Assembly (NCBI GenBank): GCA_046290465.1
Contig: JBKAGP010000001.1
Location: 864,001 to 928,000 of the forward strand
Direction: 5' to 3'
From: Planctomycetota bacterium
GTDB lineage: Bacteria; Planctomycetota; UBA1135; UBA2386
DNA length: 64,000 bases
Below the pieces are notes generated by a model. The model was not told the DNA's origin. It was given only the letters and a program-made list of their open reading frames with translations, and made no database searches. A program made the position numbers and the translations under genes. This document shows, one piece after another, positions 42,480 to 52,236 of this stretch; the first letter of the stretch is position 1; each line of letters opens with the position of its first letter.

Positions 42480-43640
42480 TCAGCCGCCGTGCCGCCCCGG
42501 ATCGACTCCGCGCGGCGCATCCGCCACCGGCAGCGCGGCCTCCCGCAGCAGCGGCAGGTGCACGACCACGCGCGTGCCGCGCCCGGGCTCGCTGTCGACC
42601 TCGACGCTGCCGGCAGCCGCGTCGACGATCGAACGCACTGTCGCCAGCCCGAGCCCGGTGCCGTCCGGACGGGTCGTGTAGAACGGCTCGAACGCGCGAT
42701 CGACCTGGGCCCGGTCCATGCCGACACCGGCGTCGACGACCTCGAGCCGCGCCAGCTGCGGGCCGTCCCCGGAGCGACCGGTCGGCGTGACCAGCACGCG
42801 CACCACGCCACCATCGGCCATCGCCTGCGCGGCGTTGCTGACCAGGTTGACGACCAGCTGCTCGAGCCCGGCTTCGGGCAGTTCGACGCGGCAGCTGACC
42901 ACGTCGACGCGCACCGTGACGCGCGGGCCGACCAGCAGCGTCAGCAGCGGCTCGAGACGATGCACGACGGCGGCGACGTCGACGCTGCCGCCGCGCTCGG
43001 TGCCCGCCGCGAACCGCAGCAGCTGCTCGGTCCAGCGCGTGACGCGATCGACCGCGGCGCGGATGCCGCCGAGGTGTTCGCTCGCCGACGGCACCGCGGT
43101 GCAGTCGAGTTCGAGCAGGTCGGCGCTGCCGTTGACGACGGTCAGCATGCCGTTGAGGTCGTGCGCGAGCCGGGCGGCGTGTTGGCCGAGCACCGCCAGC
43201 CGTTCGGCGCGGCACAGGCCCTCGGGCAGCTGCTCGCGCTGCCGGCGGTCGCGCCACGCGCACGCCATCCAGCGACCGTCCGGACTCAGCGGCGTCAGCT
43301 GCACCTCGACCGGCACCAGCCGGCCGTCGGCGCCGACGTGGGTCCAGTCGAACCGGTAGTGGCCGCTGCGCGCGGCCATCGCCAGCACCTCCTGTGCCTT
43401 CTCGTCAGAGCGCCGGCCATCGGGCTGCCGCTCGGGAGACAGGTCGACCGGCCGGCGCGCGCGACCCTGCGGCAACATCTCCTCCTTGTCGCGGTAGTCG
43501 AGCAGCCGCGCCGACGCGCGGTTGCCGTCGACGAAGCGGTTCTCGTTCAGGATCAGCAAGGCCTCGGGAGCCTCGTCGAACACACGGCGGTACAGATCGC
43601 CGGACGAACCGGACCAGGAAGCGACGTCAGTTGGGACCAT
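42480..43640 (-). CDS. PAS-domain sensor histidine kinase (cytoplasmic, no receiver domain)
   Basis: LSPERQPDG PAS motif; AHDLN H-box; NLVSNA; DAGVGM; FEPFYTT; GTGLGL. Confidence 0.88.
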   Translation of the reverse strand: MVPTDVASWSGSSGDLYRRVFDEAPEALLILNENRFVDGNRASARLLDYRDKEEMLPQGRARRPVDLSPERQPDGRRSDEKAQEVLAMAARSGHYRFDWTHVGADGRLVPVEVQLTPLSPDGRWMACAWRDRRQREQLPEGLCRAERLAVLGQHAARLAHDLNGMLTVVNGSADLLELDCTAVPSASEHLGGIRAAVDRVTRWTEQLLRFAAGTERGGSVDVAAVVHRLEPLLTLLVGPRVTVRVDVVSCRVELPEAGLEQLVVNLVSNAAQAMADGGVVRVLVTPTGRSGDGPQLARLEVVDAGVGMDRAQVDRAFEPFYTTRPDGTGLGLATVRSIVDAAAGSVEVDSEPGRGTRVVVHLPLLREAALPVADAPRGVDPGRHGG

Positions 43641-43742
43641 CAAGCGCGGGCGCGGGAAACCTCTCACTCTGGGGGCAGGCGTCGCGCAACGCGTTCGGGC
43701 CAACGGAAATTCCAACGAACTCCGATCGCGACGGAACGCGCG

Positions 43743-44960
43743 CTACTCGGCGATCACCGTCAGGTCGTTGACGAACCGTTCGCTGACCTCGAGGCACTCG
43801 CGCAACTCGGGGTGGCGCACGACGATCCAGCCGTCCCCGACGACGACCTTGCGCCAGTCGCGGCGCGGTTGGCCGATCGGCGTCAATTCGATGCTGGCGA
43901 CACAATCGCCGTAGCGACGCATCAGCCCGCGCAGGCCGCGGTGCTCGCGCACGATGCCGTCGCCCTGCGCGCGCTTGAAGATCATCGCGGCGTTGTACTT
44001 CTTGCTCGTGTCCTGGCTCAGCCTGCCGAAGCAGGTCGCCTCGGCCCAGCCGGTGAACAGGTCGATGTCGGCGGCGTAGTTCATTGCGTGCACCAGCCGC
44101 GCGCCCGGCGGCCGGCCGCCGATCTCGCCGAAGACCGCCTCGCCGGCGTCGGTCCGGAACCACTCCATGTGGGTGAAGCCGGTGGTGAAGCCGAGCGCCT
44201 TCAGCACGCCGTGGCCGAGTTCGACGCCGGGCCGCGGGAACTCGTGCTCGATGTCGCGCAGCACGATGTTCTGCATCGAGATCCACGGGTTCTGCGCCAG
44301 CACCATCGGCTTGGGGCGGTACCACGCGACGTTGTCGAACAGGATCCGGCCGTTGGCGCAGACCGTGTCGTAGGTCAGCTCCTCGCCCTCGATGAACTCC
44401 TCCACCGACAGTTCGTCGACGTGCCGGGTCTTGTGCAGCGCCTGCTCGAACTCGTCGCGGTCGTTGCAGCGGTAGGTGTCCTTGCTGCCGGCGCCGTCGA
44501 TCGGCTTGACGATGGCCGGGTAGCCGACCCGCTCGACGACCTCCCAGGCCTCCTTCATGCTGCGCGCGCGGCCGTGGCGCGGCACCCGCAGGCCGGCCGC
44601 CTCGACCGCCTGCTTCATCGACTCCTTGTCGCGCACGACCGCCGTCTGGGCCTTGTTCATGCCGGGCACGTCGAACGTCTCGCGCAGCGTCGCGGCCAGG
44701 TACATCAGCCGCTCCCACATGCACTCGACCCGGTCGATCGACTTCCCGCGCAGCCAGCCGCGGATCTCGTCGACGACCGCCGCCTCGTCGCCGAACGACC
44801 GCACCTGCAGGTAGTCGGTCAGGCCTTCGCGCGCCTCCTTGGGCAGCGCCTGCACCGGCTGATCGCCGACGCCGTAGACCTTCGCGCCGACCTGCGCGAG
44901 GCCGCGCACGAACAGCGGCATCTCGGCGGGGAACCCAGGACTCAGATAGACGACATTCAT
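43743..44960 (-). CDS. ATP-grasp domain ligase, paralog 1
   Basis: RDKESMK; GYPAIVKPIDGAGS; EEFIEGEE; THMEWF; GEIGGRPPG. Confidence 0.88.
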   Translation of the reverse strand: MNVVYLSPGFPAEMPLFVRGLAQVGAKVYGVGDQPVQALPKEAREGLTDYLQVRSFGDEAAVVDEIRGWLRGKSIDRVECMWERLMYLAATLRETFDVPGMNKAQTAVVRDKESMKQAVEAAGLRVPRHGRARSMKEAWEVVERVGYPAIVKPIDGAGSKDTYRCNDRDEFEQALHKTRHVDELSVEEFIEGEELTYDTVCANGRILFDNVAWYRPKPMVLAQNPWISMQNIVLRDIEHEFPRPGVELGHGVLKALGFTTGFTHMEWFRTDAGEAVFGEIGGRPPGARLVHAMNYAADIDLFTGWAEATCFGRLSQDTSKKYNAAMIFKRAQGDGIVREHRGLRGLMRRYGDCVASIELTPIGQPRRDWRKVVVGDGWIVVRHPELRECLEVSERFVNDLTVIAE

Positions 44961-44994
44961 GACCGTTCTCGCTGCCAGAGCTTGTGGATCGACA

Positions 44995-46242
44995 TCAACC
45001 GAGTTCGACGCGCACCGAACGCACCACCTCGTGCACGGCCTCGCGCACCAGGTCGCTGTCCGGGTGCCGGACGATCAGGTAGCCGTCGCCTTCGTAGGTC
45101 TCGGCCTTCGGCGCCCCGATCGTCGGCAGCTTCGCCTCCACCACCAGGTCGCCGAGCCGCTGCCGCACCTCGTCGAGGCCGCGCACCGCGCGCACCTGCA
45201 GCGGCTTGCCGGACGCGCGCAATGCGGCCGAAGCCTGGCCGCGCAGGTAGGCGGCACCGGCCGCGTAGCGACGCTCGGGCACCTCGAACTTCTCGAACAC
45301 CATCAGCTGCGCGAACAGCGCATACATGTCGACGTCGAGGCAGTGCCCGATCAGCGACACGAATTGCGCCCCCGGCGGCCGCGCGGCGACCTCGCTGATC
45401 GCGATCGTGCCGTCGTGGCGACGGAACCACTCCATGTGCGACATCCCCGTCCACATGCCGAGCGCGTCGAGCGCCTTCGGTCCGGTCCGGTGGATCTCGG
45501 CGAACTCCGGCCGCTCCAGTTCGCGCGGCAGCACCACGCACCACTGGATCCACGGGTGGTCCATGACCTCGAGCGGCGTCGGGTAGTAGCAGCAGATGTT
45601 GTGCAGCACGTGCTTGCCGTGCAGCGTCAGCGTGTCGAACGAGAACTCGCGGCCCTGCACGAACTCCTCGAGCAGCACCTCGCGGCCGGGCGCCGGCGCC
45701 ACCTGGCGCAGGAACGCGCGCAGCTCGCCCTCGTCGTTGCAGCGTGACGTCGCCTTGGCGCCCGCGCCGGCCGGCGGCTTGGCGACCACCGGGTAGCCGG
45801 AGTCCCGGCCAAACCGCAGCGCCTCGTCGACCGACGCGCACAGCCGGTAGCGCGCACACGGGATGTCGGCGTTGGCGAACACGTCCTTCATGCGCGCCTT
45901 GTCGCGGAAGTTGGTCGACGTGCGGCTGTCCATGCCGCGGATCTGCAGGTGCTCGCGGACCTCGGCGAGCGGCTCCTGCAGCGGCTCCAGGATGCCGAGC
46001 AGCCGCTCGACCCGGCCGAACTGCTGCTGCAGCCGCGCGACGGCGGCGGCGAGGTCGCGCGCCGACATGCCGTCCTGGACCTGCTCGAAGCCGACCAGCC
46101 GGGCGCGGAAGTCGGCCGGCAACCGCGAAGGCGCGTCCTGCGACACCACGCTCAGCTTCACCCCCGGCAACGCCGACGCCGCACGCGCGAAGCGCAGCGT
46201 GTTCTCCATGGCGAACGGGATCGCGAAGACGACGTGGACCAT
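44995..46242 (-). CDS. ATP-grasp domain ligase, paralog 2
   Basis: RDKARMK; GYPVVAKPPAGAGA; EEFVQGRE; SHMEWF; SEVAARPPG. Confidence 0.88.
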   Translation of the reverse strand: MVHVVFAIPFAMENTLRFARAASALPGVKLSVVSQDAPSRLPADFRARLVGFEQVQDGMSARDLAAAVARLQQQFGRVERLLGILEPLQEPLAEVREHLQIRGMDSRTSTNFRDKARMKDVFANADIPCARYRLCASVDEALRFGRDSGYPVVAKPPAGAGAKATSRCNDEGELRAFLRQVAPAPGREVLLEEFVQGREFSFDTLTLHGKHVLHNICCYYPTPLEVMDHPWIQWCVVLPRELERPEFAEIHRTGPKALDALGMWTGMSHMEWFRRHDGTIAISEVAARPPGAQFVSLIGHCLDVDMYALFAQLMVFEKFEVPERRYAAGAAYLRGQASAALRASGKPLQVRAVRGLDEVRQRLGDLVVEAKLPTIGAPKAETYEGDGYLIVRHPDSDLVREAVHEVVRSVRVELG

Positions 46243-46398
46243 CGGCGGCAGAAGCTAGGCGGCGGTGCCGGGAGTTGCACGAACTCTCCGCGCCATGGGC
46301 AGGGCCGCTCCGCGCCGCGGGTAGGGGCGGTCGCCCGCGAAATCCCGAGAAACCGTTGAGGCCGCGCCGGGCTTCCGACGCACGGACCGCACAGAACC

Positions 46399-47424
46399 AT
46401 GAAGCACCTCCCACTCGCCATCGCGGCCGCAGCCGCGCTCGCCGCCGCCCCCGCAGCCCAGAGCTGCGTCTTCCTGCCGTCGGACACCCCCGCCGTCGGT
46501 GCCCCCGACCCGCGACCGTTCGGCAACGGCAACGGCGCCGACCCGGTCTACGGCGACATGCGCTACCAGGTCCAGGTGCCGGCCGCCACGTTCGGCAACC
46601 AGCCGCGCCGCATCTACGAGCTGTTCGTCGCGCCGGCAGGCTCGCACCAGCGCACGTTCTCCGAACTGCAGGTTCGCATGGGCCACAACCCCAACCCCAC
46701 CATCAACCCGACGATGGTGTTCAACACGGTCGGCTTCACGTCGCGGCCGATTCAATACACCCAGTTCTCGTTCCAGGCCGACGCCGACGAGTGGGTGCCG
46801 CTCGGGATGGCGTTCCCGTTCGACTACGACCCGCAGTTCGGCGACCTGGTGCTCGAGTTCTTCGTGAGCGACGCCGCCGTCGAACCGGGCGGCACCGGCG
46901 ACTTCGGCCTGCGCACCGACCCGTCGATCCCGTTCGTCTGGACGTCGGGACAGGGCTACAACGGCACCGTCGTGCCCGGCGGCGGCATCAAGGTCCGCCT
47001 GTGCACGGACCACTACGGCACCGTCGAGTATCCGTTCGGTGGCTGCGTCGGCAGCAACGGCCTGCGCCCTCGACTCAGCTACTCCGGCTCGCCGCAGATC
47101 GGCTCGACGCTGCAGGTCGACCTGCAGGACGGCCCGCCCGCCAACGGCACGTTCAGCGTGCTGGTGTTCAGCGACCTGCCGCGCATCGGCCCGGTGGACC
47201 TGACCGGCATCGGCATGACCGGCTGCGACGCGCACGTGTTCGACGGGGTGCTGCTGACACGCTTCCTCAACAACGGCCAGGACTCGTTCCAGCTGCCGCT
47301 GCCGGCGACCCTGCCGGCCGGCCCGGCGATGTGGACCCAGTGGTTCTGCCTCGACCTCGCCGCCAACCCGTTCGGCCTGACGGCATCGAACGTCGGCCGC
47401 TTCATGATCGGCAACACCCCGTAG
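46399..47424 (+). CDS. Secreted hypothetical protein (341 aa) with planctomycete-type C-terminal domain
   Basis: Signal peptide AAA...AAQ; FGGCVGSNG...PQIG...GMTGC...TQWFCLDLAANPFGLTASNVGRFMIGN. Confidence 0.85.
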   Translation: MKHLPLAIAAAAALAAAPAAQSCVFLPSDTPAVGAPDPRPFGNGNGADPVYGDMRYQVQVPAATFGNQPRRIYELFVAPAGSHQRTFSELQVRMGHNPNPTINPTMVFNTVGFTSRPIQYTQFSFQADADEWVPLGMAFPFDYDPQFGDLVLEFFVSDAAVEPGGTGDFGLRTDPSIPFVWTSGQGYNGTVVPGGGIKVRLCTDHYGTVEYPFGGCVGSNGLRPRLSYSGSPQIGSTLQVDLQDGPPANGTFSVLVFSDLPRIGPVDLTGIGMTGCDAHVFDGVLLTRFLNNGQDSFQLPLPATLPAGPAMWTQWFCLDLAANPFGLTASNVGRFMIGNTP

Positions 47425-47433
47425 GTGCGCGGC

Positions 47434-50016
47434 CTACGGTTGGATCGACCGCACCGCGCGCAGCCCGATGCGCGCCGTGCGCTGCTCGGGTGGCGACGCG
47501 TTGCGCGCCGCGACCCGCGACAGCAGCCGCCGTTCGGCGAAGTCGCCGCCGCGCATCACCCGCACGGTCGGCGCGTCGTCGGCCGCGGGCCGTCGCAGGC
47601 CGTCGCCGGCGCGCACCGGCCGCACGTAGCTGACCAGCCAGTCCTGGCACCACTCGGCGACGTTGCCGTGGCAGTCGTGCAACCCGAAGCCGTTGGGCAG
47701 GAACGAGCCGACCGGCGCCGACAGCGCGAAGCCGTCGTCGAGGCCGGGCTCGAGCATCACCCGCAGGTGCCCGCGAGAGCCGGCGTCGGCGAGGTTCATG
47801 TGGCGGTCGAGCGGCGCGTCCGCGGCGACGCCGCCGAACACGCTGTGGCTGCCGGCGCGCGCTGCGTACTCCCACTGCGCCTCGGTCGGCAGCTGCAGGC
47901 CGCGTCGCCGCAGTGTGCGAACGGCCAGCGCGTAGGGGACCTGTTCGACCGGCCAGCGCAGGTCGGGGGCATGGCCGCGCGCGGTCTGCTGAGCCGTCAT
48001 CATGCTCGGCCGTTCGCCGGTCAGCCGCAGCCACTGGCCCTGGGTCACCTCGTGCTTGCCGACGAAGAACGGCGCCAGCGTCACGTCGTGCACGAAGCGC
48101 TCCATCGACGCCGCATCGGGGTCGATCGGGGCGGTGCCGCTGTGCTCGTCGCCGCGCTGCAGCGCCCCCATCGTGAAGCGGCCACCGGGCACCAGCACAA
48201 ACACCATGCCGCTGGCCTCGGCGACGGTGACGCCGTCGTAGCCGCCCTCGGGGTCGCGCTGCACGACCGGCCGTTCGCCGCTGCCGACGTGCCAGAATTC
48301 CCACAGCCCGCTGCGCGGATCCTGGCCGAGCGGCACCAGCCCGACCTGCGCGCCGGGCAGCTGCAGGCCGCCGTAGCGCGGCGAACGGCCGGGGTCGGCG
48401 ATCGCGGCGATCGCGGCGCTCCAGTCCTCGGCGTGCTCGCGCAGCGAGACCCGGCCGATCCGGTGCGCTTCACGGCGTCGCAGCAGCACGCCGGCGATGT
48501 TGTCGTCGTGCGGTTCGCTGGCGACCAGGTGCTCGATGCCGGCGAGCAGCCGCCGCAGCACGTCGCGCTGGTAGCGCAGCTCCTCCTGCAGTTCGACGTC
48601 GGGCTCCGACTCGGCGCTGCGCTCCAGTTCGTCGGCGCGCCGCTGCAGGTCGTCGCGGCGCGTCAGCAGGTGCTCGGCGCGCTGCTGCCATTGCTGCATC
48701 GCCGGCTCGGTCGCCGGCCACGGCGGCCACAGCCGTTCGCGCGCATCGGCGCGCAGATCGGCCAGGCGGTTGTCGTCGACCAGCCGGCGGTAGTCGTTCC
48801 AGTTGCGGTCAGCCTCGTTCCACAGCACCAGCAGCGCGACCAGCGACGCCAGCAGCAACAGCACCGCTCCCGCGGCGATCGCCGCCGGCACCCGATGCCG
48901 CCGCAGGAAGCGCCGCGCGACGTAGGCCAGCGTCGGCGCACGCGCGGCCACCGGCAGGCCGGCACGGGCCCGCTGCACGTCGGCGACGAACTCGTGCACG
49001 GTCGCGTAGCGCCGCTCGGGGTCGCTCTCGAGCGCCTTCAGCACGACCTGGTCGAGGTCCGCCGGCGCACCGGCGATCGCGTCCTGGTGCTGCGAGGGCC
49101 GCCGCAGCGGCGCCGCCCAGGCGTCGTCGCCGCCCTCCCCGGTCGCGCGGCCACGCGGCAGGGCCCCGGTCCAGAGCTGGTAGAGCACGGCGCCGAGCGC
49201 GTAGACGTCGCTGCGCGCGTCGGCCGACGCGGCGTCGCGCGCCTGCTCGGGGCTCATGTAGCCGGCCGTTCCCATCGCGACGTCGCGCTGCGTGTGCAGC
49301 GTCTCGTCGTGCTCGCCGCCGCCGAGCACCCGCGCGATGCCGAAGTCGATCACGCGCGGCTCCGTGCGTTCGCCGTGCTCGACCACCAGCACGTTCGACG
49401 GCTTCAGGTCGCGGTGGATCACGCCCTTCTGGTGCGCGTGCTGCACCGCCTCGCAGACGCCGGTGAACACGTCGAGCCGCAGTTCGAGCGACGGCTGCCG
49501 CTGCGCCACCCAGTCGAGCAGCGTGACGCCATCGACCAGGTCCATGACCAGGAACGGCCGGCCGTCGTCGGACACGCCACCGTCGAGCACGCGGGCGATG
49601 TTGGCATGCTCGAGCCGGACCAGCACCCGCTGCTCGGCCTCGAAGCGCGCTCGCTCGGGACCGGCGGCGAGGTGGCCGCGACGCAGCACCTTGACGGCGA
49701 CCTCGCGGCGCACCGGCTGCAGCTGCTCGGCGCGGTAGACCCGCCCCATGCCGCCCTCGCCGAGTTCGGCGAGCAGCCGGTAGCGGCCGAGCACCTCGCC
49801 GATCACCGCCGGCGCCCCGCCCAGCGGCGTGTGCAGCGGCGAACGCAGCGCGTCCTGGGTCGTGGCGCGGTCGGCGGCCAGCAACCCGAGCACCTCGGCG
49901 GCCAGCGCCTCGTCGCCGGCCGCCTCGCCGCGCACGAACGCCTCCCGCTGCGCCGCGTCCCGTTCGACGGCGCGGTGGAACAGCTCGGCTACACGTTCGC
50001 CATCCGGCAGCGACAT
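47434..50016 (-). CDS. Ser/Thr protein kinase with TM segment and C-terminal FGE-sulfatase (SUMF1) domain
   Basis: LGEGGMGRVY; VAVK; HRDLKPSN; DFG; GTAGYMSPE; FTMG...EVTQGQW...LPTEAQWEYAARAG...NGFGLHDCHGNVAEW. Confidence 0.92.
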   Translation of the reverse strand: MSLPDGERVAELFHRAVERDAAQREAFVRGEAAGDEALAAEVLGLLAADRATTQDALRSPLHTPLGGAPAVIGEVLGRYRLLAELGEGGMGRVYRAEQLQPVRREVAVKVLRRGHLAAGPERARFEAEQRVLVRLEHANIARVLDGGVSDDGRPFLVMDLVDGVTLLDWVAQRQPSLELRLDVFTGVCEAVQHAHQKGVIHRDLKPSNVLVVEHGERTEPRVIDFGIARVLGGGEHDETLHTQRDVAMGTAGYMSPEQARDAASADARSDVYALGAVLYQLWTGALPRGRATGEGGDDAWAAPLRRPSQHQDAIAGAPADLDQVVLKALESDPERRYATVHEFVADVQRARAGLPVAARAPTLAYVARRFLRRHRVPAAIAAGAVLLLLASLVALLVLWNEADRNWNDYRRLVDDNRLADLRADARERLWPPWPATEPAMQQWQQRAEHLLTRRDDLQRRADELERSAESEPDVELQEELRYQRDVLRRLLAGIEHLVASEPHDDNIAGVLLRRREAHRIGRVSLREHAEDWSAAIAAIADPGRSPRYGGLQLPGAQVGLVPLGQDPRSGLWEFWHVGSGERPVVQRDPEGGYDGVTVAEASGMVFVLVPGGRFTMGALQRGDEHSGTAPIDPDAASMERFVHDVTLAPFFVGKHEVTQGQWLRLTGERPSMMTAQQTARGHAPDLRWPVEQVPYALAVRTLRRRGLQLPTEAQWEYAARAGSHSVFGGVAADAPLDRHMNLADAGSRGHLRVMLEPGLDDGFALSAPVGSFLPNGFGLHDCHGNVAEWCQDWLVSYVRPVRAGDGLRRPAADDAPTVRVMRGGDFAERRLLSRVAARNASPPEQRTARIGLRAVRSIQP

Positions 50017-50108
50017 GCGCACGAGCTTGCCGCATGCCGCCGCCGCGGCCAACTCCCACCCGCGACCGGCCCTTCCCGAGCCTGCTGCCCGATGATCCAA
50101 TCCCCGCG

Positions 50109-50678
50109 ATGCCCGAACACCCGCTGACCGCCATCCTGCAGGCCGCCGCCGACGGCGACCCCGGGGCGGCCGAACGGCTGGTGCCGGCGGTCTACGACCA
50201 GCTGCGCGCGATGGCGCGCCGCCAACTGCACGGCGACGCGGCGACGCTCGACCCGACCGCTCTGGTGCACGAGGCCTGGCTGCGACTGGGCCCAGCCGAC
50301 GCCGCGGGCTGGCGGCATCGCGGCCACTTCTTCGGCGCGGCGGCGCAGGCGATGCGGCGCATCCTGGTCGACGCGGCGCGGGCGCGCCTGCGCCACAAGC
50401 GCCGCGCACCCGACCGGCCGCGCACGTCGCTGCGCGCGGCGGACGCGATCCCCGCCGGCGACCACGACCCCGCCGAGCTGCTCGACGTCGACGCCGCGCT
50501 GCAGCGCCTCGAACGCGAACGTCCGCGCGAGGCGCGGATCGTGTCCCTGCGCTACTTCGGCGGGCTGTCCAACGACGAGGTCGCCGCCGCGCTCGAGGTC
50601 TCGGTCGGCACCGTCGAACGCGACTGGCGGTTGGCGCGCGCCCGGCTGCAGCGCTGGCTCGACCAACCGGCCGGCTGA
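50109..50678 (+). CDS. ECF sigma factor (TALVHEA type, kinase-associated)
   Basis: VYDQLRAMA; TLDPTALVHEAWLRL; HFFGAAAQAMRRILVD; LRYFGGL; TVERDWRLARARL. Confidence 0.9.
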   Translation: MPEHPLTAILQAAADGDPGAAERLVPAVYDQLRAMARRQLHGDAATLDPTALVHEAWLRLGPADAAGWRHRGHFFGAAAQAMRRILVDAARARLRHKRRAPDRPRTSLRAADAIPAGDHDPAELLDVDAALQRLERERPREARIVSLRYFGGLSNDEVAAALEVSVGTVERDWRLARARLQRWLDQPAG

Positions 50679-50720
50679 TTGCGCTCGCACCGGACGTTCC
50701 GCCGTGACAACATGCTGCGC

Positions 50721-52226
50721 ATGCGTCCCCTGCGCCTCGCCCTCGCGGCCTCCGAGCTGACTCCGTTCGCCAAGACCGGCGGCCTCGCCGACGTGCTGCT
50801 GGGACTCGGCCGCTGGCTCGGCAAGCCAGTCGACCGGAGCGACGGCGCCGACCCCGAACACGGCCCCGGCCACGACGTGCGCCTGTTCGTGCCGTACTAC
50901 AAGCGCATCGCCGACAGCGGCGTCGACGTCACCGACCTGCCGCGCGCGCAGAAGATCGACGTGCGGTTCCCGCAGCGCACGATCCGCTTCGGCATCAAGC
51001 AGGGCAAGCTGCCGCAGTCGGACGTGTCGGTCTACTTCGTCGACTGCCCGGAGCTGTACTTCCGCGACGGCATCTACACCGAGGACGGCGACGAGGCGCT
51101 GCGCTTCGCGATGCTGAGCCGGGCGGTGCTGGAGACCTGCCAGCGGCTGCAGTGGGCGCCCGACGTGATCCACTGCAACGACTGGCACACCGGCCTGCTG
51201 CCGCTGTACCTGCGCACGGTCTACACGTGGGACCAGCTGTTCGCGCAGACCAAGACGCTGCTGACGATCCACAACATCGGCTACCAGGGCTTCTACGACG
51301 AGAGCCAGCTCGACACGCTGGGCCTCGGCGAGCAGCGCGCGCACGTGCACCACGGCGACCTGAAGGACAAGAAGTTCTCGTTCCTCAAGACCGGCGTGCT
51401 GCACGCGACCCGCCTGTCGACGGTCTCGAAGACGTACGCCAGGGAGATCCAGACCGACGAGTTCGGCATGGGCATGCAGGAGCTGCTGAAGACCCGCAGC
51501 GCCGATCTGGTCGGCATCGTCAACGGCGTCGACTACGGCGAGTGGAACCCGAGCGACGACCCCAAGATCCCGCACCACTACTCGGTCGACGACATGGCCG
51601 GCAAGGCCAGGATGAAGGCCGCGCTGTGCAACCGCTTCCAGCTGCCGTACGACGCGCGCGCCCCGGTGTTCGGGGTGGTCTCGCGGCTGACCAGCCAAAA
51701 GGGCTTCGAGCTGTTCTCCGACTCGATCCCGATCTACCTGCAGCGCGAGGACATGCGCCTGTGCGTGCTCGGCTCGGGCGAGAGCAAGCACGAACAGTAC
51801 TTCCAGTGGCTGCGCGACACCTGGCCCGAGAAGGTCGGCATCTACCGTGGCTTCCAGGAGGAGCTGGCGCACTGGATCGAGGCCGGCAGCGACGTGTTCC
51901 TGATGCCGAGCCGGTTCGAGCCGTGCGGGCTCAACCAGATGTACTCGCTGCGCTACGGCACCCCGCCGATCGTGCGCCACACCGGCGGCCTCGCCGACAC
52001 CGTGCAGGCGTGGGATCCGGGCACGCGCACCGGCACCGGCTTCCCGTTCCACGAGTTCTCGAGCGCGGCGCTGTCCGGCACCATCGACTGGGTGCTGCGC
52101 AACTGGCGCGACCGCGACGGCTGGAAGCAGCTGGTCGAGAACGGCATGAACCAGGACTTCTCGTGGGACCGCCAGGGTCCCGAGTACGTCAAGCTCTACC
52201 GCTCGCTGCTGCCGAACCGCCCGTAG
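50721..52226 (+). CDS. glgA: Glycogen/starch synthase (GT5); alternative start 50712
   Basis: PFAKTGGLADV; IHCNDWHTG; TIHNIGYQG; GIVNGVD; SRLTSQKG; MPSRFEPCGLNQMYSLRYGT; TGGLADTV; DFSW. Confidence 0.95.
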   Translation: MRPLRLALAASELTPFAKTGGLADVLLGLGRWLGKPVDRSDGADPEHGPGHDVRLFVPYYKRIADSGVDVTDLPRAQKIDVRFPQRTIRFGIKQGKLPQSDVSVYFVDCPELYFRDGIYTEDGDEALRFAMLSRAVLETCQRLQWAPDVIHCNDWHTGLLPLYLRTVYTWDQLFAQTKTLLTIHNIGYQGFYDESQLDTLGLGEQRAHVHHGDLKDKKFSFLKTGVLHATRLSTVSKTYAREIQTDEFGMGMQELLKTRSADLVGIVNGVDYGEWNPSDDPKIPHHYSVDDMAGKARMKAALCNRFQLPYDARAPVFGVVSRLTSQKGFELFSDSIPIYLQREDMRLCVLGSGESKHEQYFQWLRDTWPEKVGIYRGFQEELAHWIEAGSDVFLMPSRFEPCGLNQMYSLRYGTPPIVRHTGGLADTVQAWDPGTRTGTGFPFHEFSSAALSGTIDWVLRNWRDRDGWKQLVENGMNQDFSWDRQGPEYVKLYRSLLPNRP

Positions 52227-52236
52227 GCCACCACCC

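Noticed and set aside
43743..46242. ATP-grasp genes as a RiPP (graspetide) cluster or as carbamoyl-phosphate synthase
   Set aside because: No precursor peptide ORF or RimK/MvdC-like signature recognised; too short for CarB and no CarA
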